Assembly: GCA_012295275.1 (NCBI GenBank)
Contig: CM022670.1
Location: 1,426,001-1,490,000 of the forward strand
Origin: Chrysomallon squamiferum
Lineage: Eukaryota > Animalia > Mollusca
DNA: 64,000 nt
Direction: 5' to 3'
Part shown: positions 51,901 through 64,000 of the stretch, one piece after another
Layout of the letters: every line of letters starts with the position of its first letter
How positions within the stretch are numbered: position 1 is the stretch's first letter
Notes under the pieces: generated by a model
What the model saw: the letters and a program-made list of their open reading frames with translations, nothing else
What the model was told of the DNA's origin: nothing
Databases searched by the model: none
Position numbers and translations under genes: made by a program

Positions 51901-54505
51901 TCAGTATTGGACAAAAATTGCACCATAATTGCACAAAGTTACTATTAGTTCTATTTATATTTGTTCTTTACCTCACAGCACTAGGCATGGATGACACTAG
52001 AATGGATTTATCTCAGTTTGATGATGGAGGAGGAAGGAATGTTCCCTCCATGCCAGTTTCTGCTGCTGCACCAGGTAATCCCAATTTCTGTATCTCATTT
52101 GTTCAGGTATTAACATTTGACACGGCTTTATGTCAGACTTCTGAGTTATTGAAGGAAATACCTCAGATTTAAACATTTTGGAAATTCTAGTAAAATTGAT
52201 TGTCACTGGTAAACTTTTATCAAATATTACAAAACAAAACATAATGGTTTTATATTTAAAATTTTGGTGTGGTTTTTTTCTTTTCTGTTTTTAAATTAAA
52301 ATTTTGTTGTTATTTTAAATTACATGTAGAAATTAATGCATGCTTTTGCCTTGAAATAAAAGATACTTTCAGTGTTCTTCTCTCTATAACAAATGGTACA
52401 CTGATAATCAGTAACAATATTTGTTGTACATTCTTTTGATATTCCACTGAAGAATATTTTATTCTGCTCATGACTTAATAAAAACTTTACTTTCCTAAAT
52501 ACAAGATGGAGCCTCTCTGATCTAAACACATGTGCATAAAGAACGAGTGCACTGAAAATATGTAAATATGTAAATATAATAGCACTGAACAGCACAGTAT
52601 TTAAAGAAATAGTTATTGTAACAGATTGGAACTGTGTATAATGTTGGCCACATGTTTTAAAATTATTTATATAATTGCAGCTACCACATCTGCAGAAAGT
52701 GTTGCTCAGCAGTCAGAATCGTCAGTCTCTGCGAGTAAACAAGAAGAGACTGGAACAGAAACAGAACAATCTGCACCAACAGAGAAAGTTCCGGAAACAA
52801 GCCAGGAGAGGTAAGTTTATTTTGAATTATGAAAAAAATCAGTCTGATGCAGATAAGACCATGTTTTGAAATGTTATGTTGAGTCAGTTGATGAAATATT
52901 AGCACTATGGTTTTGGAAGTTACTTTGTTTTTAATTTTTCAACTTCCAGTGAGTATTAAGAGACAGTTCACTGATGTAAAATTTCAGGTTATTAATAAAT
53001 ACTTGTATTTCTAAAGTTAGATAATTTATAGTTCTAGACAGTAGTATTGTTTATTTAAAGATCATGGTGCTTCTTCAACTGTTTTTCACGTTTTTTCTTT
53101 TCTTTAAATTTTGATTTTCTTTGTCTGCCCAGTATATTTGTTGTATTTTGTATTTTAAGAATTTTTTTAAAACTATTTCTATCTCATTAATTCTGTATGA
53201 TTTCTTGTATATAAATAATTTTATTTCTTGGTATATCCAGAGAAGAAATTGAGGAAGCTGCATTGTTAGGAGGTCAAGGTGATAAGGAAGAAATGTCTAC
53301 ATCTGAGGAAACAGGTTAATACATTTGTATTAAACAGAATGTAGGCAAAAACACCTTAGTTAAATTCATATATTTACACATGTATATGATGTTTTTCTCC
53401 CCAGCTTTAGCTATGAAGAATTTAATATAATAGGGCATTCTTTTATATTTGATTTCTTTTGTTGTTGTAGTTTGTTTGTTTTTGTTTTTTTAAATTTGCC
53501 TTTCACACCATTACTGGTAAATCAGAATAGTGTTTGTTAACTGATATTTTTATTTATATCACTTTCACTAAAAACAAATTAACTGACTTCTTTTAATTTA
53601 AAAAAAAAAAAAAAAATAGTTCTATTTATAGTAGGTAATATTAGGATTTACGTAAGATTACTGAATTAAAATAAATAATTTGCAAAATATTTTTATTACT
53701 ATTTCCCCGTTCAAGTATAAAGATCAGGATTGCTAAAGTGATTGTTTTTCTTTCGTGTTAGGTGAAGTTACGTCTGGAGATGCTCCCAGTGAAGGTGTCA
53801 CACAGAAAGGGGATGAGGCAGGTGGTGACATGTCAGAGGGAGATGACAAAACACAGTCTCAGGACTCTACAGGTGTGTAAAATCATTTCTGAAAAACAAA
53901 AATAAAAATGTTAAGATTATGGATGTCGGTAACCTTATAATTGTGTGTGTTAACTGAAAGCATGGTTCAGTTAATTTGTTGTCCGTATTGATAGATAGAG
54001 GATACTGTAATGTCAGGAAATAAAATAAATATAAATATGTGTGTGTGTGTGTGTCCGTGCATGTGCATATCTGTTTGTGTACATATGCATGTGTGTGAAT
54101 TTGCCTGTTTTTATACATCTTCATTTATATTTTTAACACTGCTTCATCTAATGATCAGGTTTGCTTTTCAAATGTGTAATACCCCAAGTATCACATACCT
54201 GTAAACAGAGTTTGATAACGAGAATTAATTTTGTCATCAAATTAATTTGTACAGGAATGGCCAGACCACGGATTCAGCGAATAACATGGAGTGCCACAGA
54301 GGCGAGCGGTTCCGCACCAACACAGCAAGCTGCTCCACAGGCCACAGCCCCAGTTGCTTCAACTGCTCAGACTGTACCCCCGTCACGCCAGGTGAGGGGG
54401 TTGCGTCGTGGAGCCACGCCGACACGATCTCGCGGAGCGCAGTGGCGAGGTCCTCGTAGAGCAGTGGGACGACCGTCAAGAGGACATTACAGACACCCGT
54501 TTTGA
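20568..54505 (+). CDS. TPR: Nucleoprotein TPR (Megator/Mlp1 homolog), nuclear basket coiled-coil protein; ~64 GT-AG exons
   Basis: Exons traced include 20568-20724, 21490-21594, 26815-26906, 28028-28132, 29715-29816, 37930-38004, 41573-41757, 44053-44343, 45808-46033, 49475-49616 (acidic), 50792-50889 and 54255-54505 (stop TGA). Hallmark TPR peptides: [125 protein letters not shown]...DGFAEALNSPQV, and an RG-rich C-terminus. Confidence 0.95.
23465..23523. repeat. (TTA)n microsatellite
   Basis: Directly visible; similar tracts at ~13828-13880, 36360-36445 and 48876-48935. Confidence 0.95.
31940..32930. mobile_element. Probable non-autonomous DNA-transposon remnant in a TPR intron
   Basis: A ~1-kb segment that makes this intron unusually long. 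CpG-rich relative to neighbouring introns. Carries a promoter-like cluster (ATTGG x2, TCACATGACGTG, TTCCGG) followed by a short basic ORF at 32458-32598. No clear TIR/TSD found. Confidence 0.4.
37248..37398. repeat. (CT)n-(AT)n-(GA)n compound microsatellite
   Basis: Directly visible; ends ~40 nt upstream of the TPR acceptor at 37436. Confidence 0.95.
40249..40798 (+). repeat. 43-bp tandem minisatellite, ~13 copies, intronic in TPR
   Basis: Unit TATCTGTTC(C/T)GTTATTTGCT(G/T)ATTTTGGATTATAAAACTGGTA repeats head-to-tail every 43 nt (one unit is 42 nt) with no spacers. Confidence 0.97.
41792..41890 (+). repeat. Degenerate ~28-bp tandem repeat, 4 copies of TGACA(A/G)GA(C/T)TTA
   Basis: gtgacaggacttag, ctgacaagacttag, gtgacaagacttag and atgacaagatttac at roughly 27-29 nt spacing. 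Confidence 0.7.
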
Positions 54506-54713
54506 GTTTCAGCATTTCTAAAAATACTGGACTGGCCACTGCGATTCATTAAAATTTCAATTAATATGAAGAGAAAAAAACTGGATGTGACTGTATTCAG
54601 TTTCATCATTTTTAAAAATACTGGACTGGCCAATGTGATTCATTAAAATTTTGATTCATTAAAATTTCAATTCATATGAAGATAAAAAAACTGGATGTGA
54701 CTGTATTCAGTTT
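54506..54713 (+). repeat. Tandem duplication (~94-110 nt) at the start of the TPR 3' UTR
   Basis: 54506-54599 is repeated at 54600-54713; the second copy has an extra internal GATTCATTAAAATTT duplication. Confidence 0.9.
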
Positions 54714-56219
54714 GTTCATTATAAATTGACATTATCACATGGGGAGAAACTTGACAAAAACATAAAAAGGACTAATGAGTTGTGACCAGAGATCTAAATC
54801 ATACTGAAGTGTAAATAACTGACAAAACTGAATACTGATCATAAAAAAAAACAAAAAACAAGTATTCTTTGTGCTGGCTGTCTCGTTATAGAACACAATT
54901 ATCAATTCATTATTCATTGTGGATGACAAAGGATTTTTTTCATGTCCATTCCTGTTAAGTGAGAATGTTCTGGTTGAAATTATTGCTTGATACAGGAGAT
55001 GTTAGAAGAAATGACTATTCGGTGACACCTGTAACATTTTATCATTAAAATCTATATTTGTATTTTTAATTTTCATAAAATCATTCATGCCCGTTTTGAA
55101 ACATTTCTTTTGTTTTTATTTTTTGAATGTGATTTGGATAAAATTAACATACAAAGCGGTTCCTATAAAATTGATGCTTACAGTTTTTATTTATATTTGC
55201 TGACCTTAATTAAAATTTAAAAAAGATTTAATAATAAAAATCATTTAAAAATGTCTCCATTCACAATAAAGGAAACAGAAGCAGTGGAGAGGTGACAATT
55301 TGTAGGGTTTTGATTTTTATTACATATTGAATAAACAACTGCTTGAGACAAAAATAAATAAAGCCTTATTATGTCAAATATTTATAATTAAATTTATTGT
55401 AAGAGTGTTGTCTAAATATTACAACGATATAATAACGACCATTTTAAAAACAAAACAGACTCAGTTATTGCAGTGATTTGTATGAGAATACATTTAATTA
55501 AAATCTTCAGGTTGGTGAATAATTAAATTGACAAGTCTGAAAATAGCATTTCATAACTGACTAATTATCAACAAGTCTGAATATATAAACAAAAACACAC
55601 ATTGCAAGCATTTGTTGTTAACACAATTATGTCATACTGCATTTTATTTCAACCATTTCACGTTACATTTTTTGTGTGTTTGTGTTATGAAAAGCTCATG
55701 GTATAGTATTCTTTTTAACTTTATAAGTTTTTTTTAAAAAGCCCAATGGAAAAGGTGGGGGCTTTTTTGTAAACAAAATAATTACAAAATTTATTTTTGC
55801 AAATACAATAAAAACATCTGAAGTAAAATAAGTGACCAACTGGATTTGTATTCTTTTAGTCACAGTATAATAAAAACAAAAAATTAAAAAATTGTATTTA
55901 AAAGTGACAAACCATCTACACAACAATGAAAATATATTATTAATTTTTTTTTTTTTTTAAATATAAATATGCTTTATACTTCGTGTAAGTTATATTGCAA
56001 AACATTTTTCAGATTTAAAATTCACATCTGCCTTAAAATTATTCCATCTATAGTTAATACAGTATTTAAAAATGTGTACAACATACATAACATGATAATA
56101 CTGATAACAGTTCTGACAAAAAAATAAAACAAATTTTTATCAATGCTTCCACAAAATCAGAATCCGCTGGTGAATAAACCTATTTTAAAATGTTACTGTC
56201 TAAGCTGATTTGAGTTTGC

Positions 56220-58895
56220 TTATGCTAGGACTTTGCACCTTTCCCGCTCGATACCAGTTATTGTCATATTTCTTTCCATGGTGGTCTGTGGGCGAGGCTG
56301 TAGTTTCTGTCGAATGCTCATGCAGCGATTATCCAGCATAAGTGAGTTGTTCTTCTTGTCAAGATCATCATTAATTCGGTGAAGATTCTTCTGCAGGCCA
56401 TCAAGAGCATGCCTGAAAAAGAGAAGAGAAAAAACAAAAAAATCAGTGTTAATTTTTGTTACCATGTACAATTTTTTTTGTTTTTAAATTATTATTCTTT
56501 GTATATTATTTATCAGTAATATTTGAGAAAAGCTGTGAATGTCTGCATTCAAACATCATAAAAAGTTGGTTTCATATCACCCAGGCAAATTCTGAACAGG
56601 ACAAGCAGCTTTATTAACTACAACAAGCTCATTTTGAGCCACAATAGTCGCTGTTTGATGCATTTTAGTTAACCAGTTATATAGAAAATGTTCTGAAATT
56701 ACATATTTGTAACTGATCTTACTTTGCCTGGTTGCATTTTTCTTCCAGTGCTCTTTTGCTGGCTTCAAGCTGCTTGACTTCATCGGTGAGGCCATACTGA
56801 GGCGCATCGCGACACAGTTCCACATTGGGTCGGTAGGTTCGATTCTCCAGACGGGTCTGGGCCAATTTTGTTGGGTTGATTTTGTCACGGATAGCTTCTT
56901 CCAGATTGCGAATGTCATTTTCCATCTCAGCTATCTCTTCTTCGGTCTGGAAACAAGAGATTAAATGTAACATTATAAGACAAAATTATAAATAACTAAC
57001 ATAAAACAAAAAATAAAAACAAAGATACTTTCCTTTAGCAAGATAAGATAGATATGTAATTGGATTAAGAATTTTAATAAATACTGATGGTGGTGTGGGT
57101 TTTAACCTAGTCATTATGCAAAAGAAATTTCCTTTCTATCACACAATTATTGTGTCCTAATAATAAGTAAATTAGTGCAGCAACAAAACCAAATATTGCT
57201 GGAAAAGAAACCAAAAAAAAAAAAACATTTTAAATTTAAGTTAAAAATGCTAGAATGTTTTGGATTAGTTCAAAACTAACATTCTTTTTCTGCCATTCCA
57301 GCTCATCCTTTGCCCTCTCAAATTCGTGGATTCTCTTTCTCAAAGCGTATTCTGTGGCAATACGCTGAGCCTCCAAGTCATTGTCAGTCTGGTGCAGGGT
57401 GTGGTGAATGGCCTCTCGCAGGTTGTTGGAGGCTTTCATTTCAGCATCGGCTCGTTCCTTGTTGTAGCGGCTGAAGTCTTCCCACTGTTGTGGAGTGGTG
57501 CTTCTGTTGAGGAAATGTTTGTGTGAATATTAGTTGACAATGCTGTGTCAAACAAAGTCAGATGAGCAGGAAAATGTATTCTTATAATTTGTATTCATTC
57601 TTATAATTTCATTACATTCATTCAAAAACAGAAAACCGCTTTTATATTAGATACATCATATTAGTGAAGCTGAAGAAAATTTTAAAAATTGAACAGAGGC
57701 AAATGATTTCAAATTCACTTAAGACAGATTTTTTTATATTTATAAAGAGATCATATACACATATAATTCTTAAATAAAAGAACTGAACAAATAAAATCTG
57801 AAGAAAAATTGTATTTTACCCCTTAGGTACTCTGAGTGAGTCAGGTTTGAAACTGATGTTTGGAGATCTATCTGAGAGGTTGTACTGCTCAATGTCAATC
57901 CCGAGAGCAATGTTTTTGTCCTGGAGATCAGCTTGCACTTGCTGTCTGGCTTCCTGGAGCAGACACAGCTGTTCAAAAGCCTCATCAATGCGGTTCTGAA
58001 GCTGTTTCTTAATACCATCAATCACCTCAGCTTCCTGAAATCAAAAAGATAAAAATATAAATTAACATTGAGTAACAAAATGAAAAAATGACATACAGAA
58101 TAATAATATCCATAATTTTTATCTACAGTTATCATAATATTTATTTTTTGAAACCCCCCCTAAAAAAAAAACATACAGCATAAAATATCCACGTCTTTAA
58201 ACATTAAATGTCAATATTAAATAAGTTTAGTGATACTATTGAACTGTTTCAGCTGATAATAAAATACAGATAAATTAAGTTTGCCAACAAGGTAAATAAA
58301 ATTTGGTTTTAATTCTTGCATTTGTGTGCCTTTAAATTAAAATAAATAGTTGCAATAATTGATAAATAAACAATCAAATATAACTAAAGTGACTTTTATT
58401 ATTTAATACTGTCAAAATAGGTATCTTCTAATTTAAACATTTTTAATAAAGAAATGCAATTTATAAAATATAATTAAAAACCTTATGCAGCTGTTTTTCT
58501 GGCTCATCAATGACTACATCAATCTCCATACGACCTTCTCGCAGAGTTAAGTTTTCAAGGTTGACATCAGTGGGAAGATTCTTGGCCTCAAGAGACTGTT
58601 CTGTGAGTTCTTTAGCTTCTGATAAATCTGCAATCTCCTTATCAAGATCAGAGAGAGTTTTCTCTAGAATTTCCTTCCATTTTCGGATATGATCAATCCT
58701 ATCTGCAAGGCGAACATTATTGCCATACTGATCCCATTTTGTTTGATTATCTGTTTCATTCTTTAGAAACCTCCCTTCTTGTCTGACTTGGTGAGAAGCA
58801 TCTCTTTGACGTTCTGCATTTGTAGAGATGGTGTAATTGTTGGTAAACCAGTCAGCAGGTTGAAATCGTGTATTCTGCCCAAGTTGTGTGGCCAT
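56220..58895 (-). CDS. TEKT2: Tektin-2 (tektin B1), 422 aa, axonemal microtubule inner protein
   Basis: Exons 58895-58482, 58034-57820, 57503-57281, 56946-56723 and 56412-56220 join in frame (1269 nt including stop). Tektin signature RPNVELCRD. The N-terminus RFQPADWFTNNYTISTNAERQRDASHQVRQEGRFLKNETDNQTKWD matches the TEKT2 type. Non-coding first exon with donor at 59407. Confidence 0.93.
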
Positions 58896-59407
58896 TTTTG
58901 ATTTTTAAAAGAAACCTGTAATAAATATTTCATGATATCAGCTGATATATATAACAAGTACATAGAATAGTATAATTTATTAATACATTCTGACATATTT
59001 TTTTTTATGAAACATTTACTGGGTTTACAATAAAAATTCAATTAACATTAATTTAGTATGAATCATGCAGTGTTAAACGTACCCAGGTAAATAAAAAATT
59101 AAAAAATAATAATATAAAAAAAATTCAGTTCTTACTCTTCAAATAAATCAGCAGTGTGCTTAATTTATTTAATAAATCAAATGCTGATCAACTTGTTTCA
59201 AGTAAATAAACAAGTGTCAGCTTGCGTTTTTCATTAAATATTTATATCTAACGTACAATGTCTCGTGACTTCGTTATAAACTATTACCGTTTACGTGACG
59301 AAATGTCAAACCGTTCTCAGTTCAGCTTTCAGTAAACAAATGTGTCGTTGCTTTTAGAGGTTTCATAACCGATAATGATAACAAAAATAACAAATGAAAA
59401 AACTTAC

Positions 59408-59811
59408 CACGCTGCAAAACTGGATACAGAATAAGATAATGAAATAATTGCATACACGTTCACTTATTACTGAAGTATCGTTACACTGGTTGCTAACAAA
59501 ACATAAAATGACTTAAGATTTAAGAACCGAAAGAATTGGTTGGGTTATACTGCTAGCAGTATCCAATGAAAGCAGATTTTGTATTCCGATTAGGAATCGT
59601 TACAGTCACCATAACGACAGCCACTAGGTGGCGGGAATTGATTTTAGTAGATATTCGTCTAGTCTCGGTATTTCTCGTAATGAGAACGAAAATCATCGAC
59701 AATTTTCTGGCTTAAAGTCAATCTATATCAGACCAGAAACTATTGCTTCTTTTAACAAATATATAGGAATTATAGTGTTCGTTCATGAAAATGACACTGA
59801 TTTAGTTCACA
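59408..59811. promoter_or_regulatory. Bidirectional TEKT2/ATRAID promoter with RFX X-boxes, CCAAT boxes and a CTCF-like site
   Basis: X-box-like GTTGCTAACAAAAC (59489-59502) and GTCACCATAACGAC (59605-59618). ATTGG/CCAAT at ~59535 and ~59563. CCACTAGGTGGCG (59621-59633). Forkhead-like GTAAACAAA at 59332 in TEKT2 intron 1. Confidence 0.65.
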
Positions 59812-60041
59812 ATGGATTTCAGACTTCTAACAAGAATTATTATTCTATTTTCATTCATTTGTGGTTTACTTTCTTCAAACAACGAAAAAGTGAGTGCAAA
59901 GGTCTATAAATTTAGTGAAAATGTTCCCATTCCATAAAACCACCTTTTGTAATTGTAATATTATAAATATAATTAAAAATTAAAATTATTATTTCCTTTG
60001 ACGATGTTTTATAAAATTACACAGAGGCTGTAGTGTTTCTT

Positions 60042-60125
<84 letters not shown>

Positions 60126-63100
60126 CATAAACACTTCACAATACGCATTAGGAAATATGTTGAATAGTTCGTTTAAAATAGTTCGAAAAGACAAGTGGGT
60201 TAGGATTAATATTACACAGACTTTGACTAAATAAAAAAAAAAAATCAAATTAATAACTTCTGAGATAACAGTTAACATTAATATATTTTAATTCACGGAT
60301 ATATTTAATGAATTAATGGTATTGTTTTCTTCTTCCATAGTGGGAACACTTATGCAACCATACTTGTCACAGTGGAATGAATGGAACAGTGGTTGAAGAA
60401 ATTTGTAGTCAAAATGATACAAAAATATATGATAGATGTTGTGTTAATAAAACAAATGAAACAGTTATAGGGTGAGAATGAAATGATTTATTAATATTCT
60501 CTTCTTTCTGACTTAATTTGTACTCAGAGAGCTTTTTCTGTAATAGTTATTGTGAAGTGGTAGTAAATATTTGAAATATATGTGCCTTGGACACCAAATG
60601 AAAACTGATACAGAAAATGTTATGCAGTCAGATTATTTTACTTTGAGATTTGTCAGAAAAGAGTACACACATTATTTAACAACTCAAAAACAAAAGAATG
60701 GAAAAAAAGATAATTTATAATGTTAAAGATAAATTTGAAGAAGTTAGTGAAGAAATTATTTGGGTTTTCTCCAAATTGTTTCCTTGATTACTGATATTTG
60801 CACCCACATATCCTATAAAGACGTAGTTTACAAAATGAAGTTTCTGAAATTAGCAATATAAATATAACTCAGTATCAAAAGTTTTTCATTTAGTCCCTGA
60901 TTCAGATTGTAGGTGTTTAATTGATATTGCTTTGTTAAAAATCAGCTGTTAATGTTTAAAGAAAATGTTGGTCTGATGATGTTTTTAGAATCAACTTGAA
61001 GAAGTGTGAGATAAGCAATATTTCTGGAATGTTTCATAACTTTGATTCCTTACAGGTCATGTGAGTTATTTCTAGACATTTATTTATTAACATTATAATT
61101 ATAATAATGATAAAAAATATATATAGTCATATATATATTTTTTTTTTACTTACATTATATGGTATCATTTATAATATTAACATAGTCAGCTTTCTGAAAT
61201 TTGTAGAATCATAACGTGTAGTTTGTTTTTTGACAGTTAAATGTTGTTGATTTATTCTCTATATAATTTCAATATTCTACATTTGCTTAATGCTACAGCA
61301 TTTTTTAAATGTCTTCATATAACCAGGAGCACATTTTAATAGATATTGTTTTACTTTTACAGAATGCTTGAAGAAAATCCTCTTGTTAATGTTACTAGTG
61401 AAGATTTTTCAAACATTTTACACATTGATTATCTGTAAGTATTTTAAAGTATATATGGAGCTTTTTTTAATATAATATTTAATATTCTTATTTTAAACTA
61501 GCTTTTATATTAATGTAACTAAATATATTATCTGTTTTCAAGAATCTGATATTTATTGCAAGATTACATTTTAGTGTGTTGTGTGTGTGTATGTGTGTGT
61601 GTGATTTTGTTTTTATTTATAATCTCTTACTTGTTTTTTTCTTTAACCATATCTATGGCCCTCCCTGTATAATCGTAGATTAAAATATTAACTCATACAG
61701 TGTAATTAAAGTTTGTTTTAAAGACTGATCACTTAAGACATTAAATAACTTCTTAATTAACAGTTGAGTTTATTGTGTTTCCATGACATTTCATAAATGT
61801 AGCTAAAACAATGACTGTAATTGCTGGTGATTAAGAAGCTTGTTCAGTTTCAGTGAGATAATTACAATATCATTCAAATAAATGAACAAACAATGTGTGA
61901 ATGTAAAGAATATATTTTTTTTATAACCAGTAGTTTTTTTTTATCAGCAGTTATTGTGAAATGGTGTGAGTGTTTGTGGTTTGTATTTGAATGTGATAAT
62001 ATTTAGTGTGAGGGAAATATATTCCCGGCAGTTTACTTTAATAAAAAATATACAAAAACTAGTTTAATATCCATATTTGCATAAAACAGTCATTGTAATA
62101 AAATATTAAATATATATATGTGTGTGTGTGTTTGTACTAATACAGAGAGAGAATTTTGAATATAAAACAATTTTTACCAGATCAATACCTTCTAACTTCA
62201 AATGTCCTGGTGGAGATAAGTCATGGAATCATACCACAACAGAAAGCAATAGCACAGAATGTTTACAAGAAATCAATTTCTGCAAAGCATATAATGGTAA
62301 TTTTGTCTTTTTATTTATAAAATAAAAAAAAAACAAAAAAAAAAACAGTTTATAAATTATAGACTACATTTTGATAAAAAGAAATGTTTTTCATGGCTTC
62401 CAGTATAAAATATTATGTATTTTATGGAAAGCATGTAAGTTTATTATTTAAAACATATGTAGGAAACAATCTATACCAAGAAGTCTTATAATTCATATAT
62501 GTATATATTAACATATTACAATCTAACAAGTATGAACCATATATTATTATTGAAAACAACCTTAATGCATTAATTGTGTATGTGACACACACACACATGC
62601 TAAATCATACTTGCTTTCTTTAAATACAAGGGAAAATCATTTTTAGATTAAGTTAACACTTTTTCACAGCTTATGTCAAAAGACAAATACTGTTTGTTAT
62701 TCTTGCCTTTGGAAATGTATTTTTTTTAAAAACAGTCAGTTTTAATTCATTACATGTTTAATGATCATATGATATAATGAACACTTAATCAAGATGTATT
62801 TAAGTTTCAAAAGGTTTCTTTTTTGATGTTGAAGATAATCATTTATATATCCATATGAGCTTTTAATCCTGAAATAATAACTAGTCTATATAAGCTGATT
62901 TTCCATTATCTGTTGCTATCAAACACAGACAAGAGATTCTTTCAATAATTGTGTTTTTATTTCAGTGTCATGTCCTCCTAGTTCCCAATGTGTCAACACA
63001 GCCCCTGGTTTAACTGAATGTCATTGTTCTCCTGGTTACCATGGTTACAAATGTTTGAGAAAGGTGGGTACGGATTTATAAGTAATTCTTTATTTCTTTA

Positions 63101-63731
63101 TTTTTAATTTATTCTGTGCTCATAAATTAGGTTTTACTTAATATTTTATTTAGTTTTATTCATTAATTTGCTTGCTGATAAAACCTAATCATCTTTTTCT
63201 CTTTTTAAATGACAAATACTTATATTTGGTTTTACTTTTATTCACAAAAAAACTTTTAAAAATTAAAATGTTTATCACACTGAATATATTATTTGCTAAG
63301 AAAAAAAGTAGTATAAATTAATGTATTTGTCAGTAAATGTTCTTATTATACAAAAAATGTTACCTATAAAATATATATTTAATCTATCAGGATATTTACA
63401 TCACCAAAAAATATATATAACTATTTTATTATATAAAATTTTGTTAAAAATTGTTATCAGTTGACTTAATTAAAGTTTATTTTAAAAATTGTCATCAGTT
63501 TCAGTTGTGAGTAACATGAACAAGGATTGTTTCTGAACAATTTCTTGGTATATGAAAATATTATTTTTAGATCTTAACCCAGACTTAACTGTTCATTATC
63601 TGATAGAAATATTTTCATTTCAGGGGACATTTCCCAAGATTATATTTTCAGCTGGACTGGTAGTGTCGGCTGTTGTAGTTTCTGGTTTGCTGTGGTTCAC
63701 TCAGAGAAGACATGCCAAAAAAGTGGTTTAA
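59812..63731 (+). CDS. ATRAID: All-trans retinoic acid-induced differentiation factor (APR3), 224 aa type I membrane protein: signal peptide, LRR-like region, EGF domain, TM helix
   Basis: Exons 59812-59889, 60341-60471, 60989-61060, 61363-61434, 62181-62296, 62966-63063 and 63624-63731 join in frame (675 nt). Peptides: MDFRLLTRIIILFSFICGLLS (signal), RCCVNKTNETVIGINLKKCEI, LEENPL, CPGGDKSWN, CHCSPGYHGYKCLRKGTFP, LLWFTQRRHAKK. Largely missed by the ORF track. Confidence 0.9.
60045..60123. repeat. (CT)n microsatellite
   Basis: Directly visible; ATRAID intron 1. Confidence 0.95.
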
Positions 63732-64000
63732 TCCACAGAAGCTATATTTGAAACCAAACAGAATTTATTGAACCCAATTTTTAAAATATCCTGTCTGTGA
63801 TTTTTATATACATTCCGTCACATTTCAAGATTAATCTGAATGCAGCCAACTTTTTTTTTTGATTCAAATTCTTATTTATGTTTCATCTTTACTCTAAAAC
63901 TGTGTACTATTTTTTTTTTTTTCAAGTACATCTGTTTTAAGCCTAAATATGACTAACATATACTTGTAGCAAGCATTCCAAAGAAGCACATTCCATTAGT

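Overview
AT-rich, intron-dense eukaryotic (metazoan, probably lophotrochozoan/mollusc) genomic DNA with seven protein-coding genes. (1) A cluster of four related multi-finger C2H2 zinc-finger genes at ~1-20 kb, labelled here ZNF-A(-), ZNF-B(+), ZNF-C(-) and ZNF-D(-); C and D are recent tandem duplicates. (2) The nuclear-basket nucleoporin TPR/Megator (+, 20568-54505, about 64 exons by manual tracing), head-to-head with ZNF-D. (3) Tektin-2 (-, 5 coding exons), tail-to-tail with TPR. (4) ATRAID/APR3 (+, 7 exons), head-to-head with TEKT2 across a compact promoter that holds RFX X-boxes and a CTCF-like site. Repeats include an RTE-type LINE 5' remnant, a probable DNA-transposon remnant, a 43-bp minisatellite, a 3'UTR tandem duplication and many microsatellites. 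The strongest novelty candidate is the ZNF cluster. I recognise no KRAB/SCAN/BTB/ZAD domain in it, yet all four proteins share a short N-terminal module (an LC8-type TQT motif at residue 26-30 followed by an amphipathic helix), a basic TRS/SSRL motif and SUMO consensus sites. B, C and D also share a C-terminal C4 knuckle + isolated finger + IKIE cap. This may be an undescribed lineage-specific effector architecture for tandem ZNF repressors. All homology calls are from recognition of protein motifs, not database searches.
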